A stretch of DNA of 64,000 nt. It comes from an uncultured Desulfosarcina sp. (GTDB lineage: Bacteria; Desulfobacterota; Desulfobacteria; Desulfobacterales; Desulfosarcinaceae). The notes under the pieces are model-generated. The model made no database searches, was not told where the DNA came from, and saw only the letters and a list, made by a program, of their open reading frames with translations. The DNA lies in the NCBI RefSeq assembly GCF_963664155.2, contig NZ_CAXXXH010000002.1, forward strand, positions 464,189 to 528,188. The letters are read 5' to 3'. Positions within the stretch are counted from its first letter, which is position 1. Each line of letters starts with the position of its first letter. Positions 61,698 to 64,000 of this stretch are shown here, piece by piece. The translations under genes were made by a program, and so were the position numbers.

Positions 61698-62400
61698 TGG
61701 ATTCAGCTGCGGGTATGGTCCCATGCGGGCCGTTGATCAATTGCAGCTTCAGGTGGCCTCCGGGAGCGTCACCGCACTGCTGGGTGCCAACGGATCCGGC
61801 AAGAGTTCAACCATCATGTGCATTGCCGGCCATGTGGAGATGCACGGCGGATCGATTCTGTATGAAGAGGCGGATATCTCTGCGCTTTCTCCCATGGCCC
61901 GGGTGGCGGCCGGGATCGGCCTGGTGCCCGAAGGCCGGCGTCTTTTCTCGAGCCTCACCGTTCGCGAAAATCTGGTCGTGGGCGGGTATTGCCGTCCCGG
62001 GGAAGCGACGGCACCCACCATTGAAAAGGTGTTGGCGACCTTTCCCCGACTGGGTGAACGGTTGCATCAGCGGGCCGGGTCTCTTTCCGGTGGCGAGCAG
62101 CAGATGCTGGCCATCGGTCGGGCCCTCATGAGTCAGCCCAAGCTGCTGCTCGTCGATGAGTTGAGCCTGGGGCTGATGCCGAAGATGATTGACGCCTGCT
62201 ATGGGGCCATTGACGATCTGAAAACAAAGGGCATGGCGATCCTGCTGGTGGAGCAATCGACCCAGCGGGCGTTGGAGGTGGCCGACACAGTCACCGTATT
62301 GGAAAGCGGCCTTCAGGTCTGGACCGGTACCGCCCGCCAAGCCCGCCGCTCCACCGACATGATTGATGCCTGTCTTGGGTTGAAACATAAAAGTAATTGA
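61684..62400 (+). CDS. livF: LivF-like ABC ATPase
   Basis: GANGSGKSS, VPEGRRLF, LSGGEQQMLAIGRALM, VEQ. Confidence 0.9.
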   Translation: MLRLDGFSCGYGPMRAVDQLQLQVASGSVTALLGANGSGKSSTIMCIAGHVEMHGGSILYEEADISALSPMARVAAGIGLVPEGRRLFSSLTVRENLVVGGYCRPGEATAPTIEKVLATFPRLGERLHQRAGSLSGGEQQMLAIGRALMSQPKLLLVDELSLGLMPKMIDACYGAIDDLKTKGMAILLVEQSTQRALEVADTVTVLESGLQVWTGTARQARRSTDMIDACLGLKHKSN

Positions 62401-62408
62401 AAAGGAAA

Positions 62409-62819
62409 ATGGACATGACCATTCAAGCGCAGGTAAAATGGATCGATGAACTGCAATTTGTGGCGCGGGCGGGCAGCGGGCCGGCGGTGGTGATGGATAC
62501 GTCGGACAGTGGCGGTGGCGCCGGCCCCATGGAACTCATTCTCATGGGCACGGCCGGATGCACAGCCATGGACGTAATCACGATTCTGAAGAAAAAACGC
62601 ATGAAAGTGACCGGATTCAAAGTCAATATTTTTGGAGAGCGTGCCGAGGAATACCCTAAGCGCTATACCGACATCAATATCGAGTATGTGGTTAATGGAT
62701 CGGATCTTAAACCCAAAGGCGTCAAACAGGCCATCGACCTGTCGGAGAAAAAATACTGCGGGGCCATGGCCTCCCTCAACGCCCGGATCACCCACTCATT
62801 TAGGATTGAATCATCCTAA
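62409..62819 (+). CDS. OsmC family protein (YhfA-like)
   Basis: PMELILMGTAGCTAMDV, SEKKYC. Confidence 0.9.
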   Translation: MDMTIQAQVKWIDELQFVARAGSGPAVVMDTSDSGGGAGPMELILMGTAGCTAMDVITILKKKRMKVTGFKVNIFGERAEEYPKRYTDINIEYVVNGSDLKPKGVKQAIDLSEKKYCGAMASLNARITHSFRIESS

Positions 62820-62930
62820 TCGATAGATGCAGTAAGCGCCGGTGAATGCAAAAGCCGGTTGAGACCTTTTGGTTGATGATGTATGAACACGTTTTCCCCG
62901 GATTCATCAATTGGAAAAAACGGAGACAAA

Positions 62931-64000
62931 ATGATTACCTTGCTGGATTATGGTGCGGGAAACGTGCGCAGTGTGATTAACGCCATCGAAAAGATCGGCG
63001 AACGAGTCTCGATTGCCGCAACCGGACGGGATATCCTTGACGCCGAAAAGTTGCTCTTTCCCGGAGTAGGCAGCTTCGGAAGCATGATGAGTATCCTGCG
63101 GCAAAAGCAGTTCGTAGAACCGCTGTTGGCTTATCTAAGCTCCGGGCGGCCGTTTTTCGGGATCTGCCTGGGAATGCAGGCCCTTTTTGAGGGCAGTGAT
63201 GAAGCACCGGAGGAGAAGGGGTTGTGCATCCTGAAGGGCCGGGTGAAAAGGTTCGAGATCGATCTGGCCGTTCCTCACATCGGATGGAACGGCATCAGCG
63301 TCAAGCAGCCCACCGACCTGTTTTACGGGCTGGAAGGCGACGAGAAGTTCTATTTTGTGCACTCCTACCACGTGGTGGCCGACGATCCGGAGGTGGTACT
63401 TACCACCACCGATTACGGGTACCCGTTTGTCAGTGCGGTCCAGAAGGGAAGCATCCAGGGCACCCAGTTTCATCCGGAAAAAAGTGGTTCTTCCGGGTTG
63501 ACCCTGCTGGAGAATTTCATCCGCAAGGACCGCCGGACGGTGATCCCCGACAAGTGCCCGTCACAGACCCGGTTGGCCAAGCGCATCATCGCCTGCCTGG
63601 ATGTGCGTGCCAACGACCGGGGCGATCTGGTGGTGACCAAGGGCGACCAGTACGATGTGAGAGAAGCGGGCAGTGTGCGCAACTTGGGCAAACCGGTTGA
63701 TCTGGCCAGCCGCTATTTTCAGGAAGGGGCCGATGAGGTGACTTTCCTAAACATCACCGGGTTCCGGGATTTTCCCCTGGAAGATATGCCTATGATCCAG
63801 GTGCTCAAGGAAACATCCCGGAACGTGTTTGTGCCGTTGACCATTGGTGGGGGTATCCGGGATTTTACCGACAAAAACGGCCGCACCTACACGGCCCTGC
63901 AAGTGGCCGCCGAGTACTTCCGCTCCGGGGCGGATAAGGTTTCCATCGGCAGCGACGCGGTTTATATCGTCGAGGCATACCTGAAAACCGGCCGGAAGAC
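62931..64000 (+). CDS. hisHF: Fused imidazole glycerol phosphate synthase HisH-HisF (partial)
   Basis: Not in the ORF track. Manual translation gives LDYGAGNVRS, PGVG, GICLG, FVHSY, QFHPEKS, and continues in frame into LAKRIIACLDVRANDRGDLVVTKGDQYDVRE, GADE, PLTIGGGI, GADKVSIGSDAV. Confidence 0.93.
   Translation, partial: MITLLDYGAGNVRSVINAIEKIGERVSIAATGRDILDAEKLLFPGVGSFGSMMSILRQKQFVEPLLAYLSSGRPFFGICLGMQALFEGSDEAPEEKGLCILKGRVKRFEIDLAVPHIGWNGISVKQPTDLFYGLEGDEKFYFVHSYHVVADDPEVVLTTTDYGYPFVSAVQKGSIQGTQFHPEKSGSSGLTLLENFIRKDRRTVIPDKCPSQTRLAKRIIACLDVRANDRGDLVVTKGDQYDVREAGSVRNLGKPVDLASRYFQEGADEVTFLNITGFRDFPLEDMPMIQVLKETSRNVFVPLTIGGGIRDFTDKNGRTYTALQVAAEYFRSGADKVSIGSDAVYIVEAYLKTGRK

Overview
Chromosomal segment of a GC-rich anaerobic Gram-negative bacterium. 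Gene content and intergenic repeats suggest Desulfobacterales (Desulfosarcina-like), which is an inference. In order: a partial AlgJ/AlgX-like protein and an AlgI-type MBOAT downstream of parC-parE; an AT-rich PEP-CTERM islet where an IS3 sits inside an IS481, which sits inside the signal-peptide codons of a PEP-CTERM gene; scpB-scpA-trpS; a DHH-CBS-tRNA nucleotidyltransferase; radical SAM-pilC-pilS; a surface protein behind a c-di-GMP-I riboswitch, followed by an IS5; the lysS-lolCD-bamA-skp-lpxD-fabZ-lpxA-lpxI-lpxB envelope operon; an SlyD-like PPIase; aspA/fumC, iorAB and arcA; radical SAM-acyP-hypothetical; sucrose-phosphate synthase/phosphatase plus sucrose phosphorylase; a CoA-transferase/GNAT fusion; cupin-Nudix-Smr-CBS-CBS; hutI with a LIV-type ABC importer; OsmC; and a fused HisH-HisF. 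Most notable: two apparent pseudo-enzymes (a CoA-transferase domain with its catalytic Glu changed to Gln and fused to a GNAT; an AlgX-like protein missing its whole catalytic triad), two decayed gene remnants in intergenic DNA (GnnA-like and fructokinase-like), the nested IS knockout, and several families of short intergenic repeats. No rRNA, tRNA or CRISPR array was seen. All family assignments come from motif recognition by eye; no searches were run.
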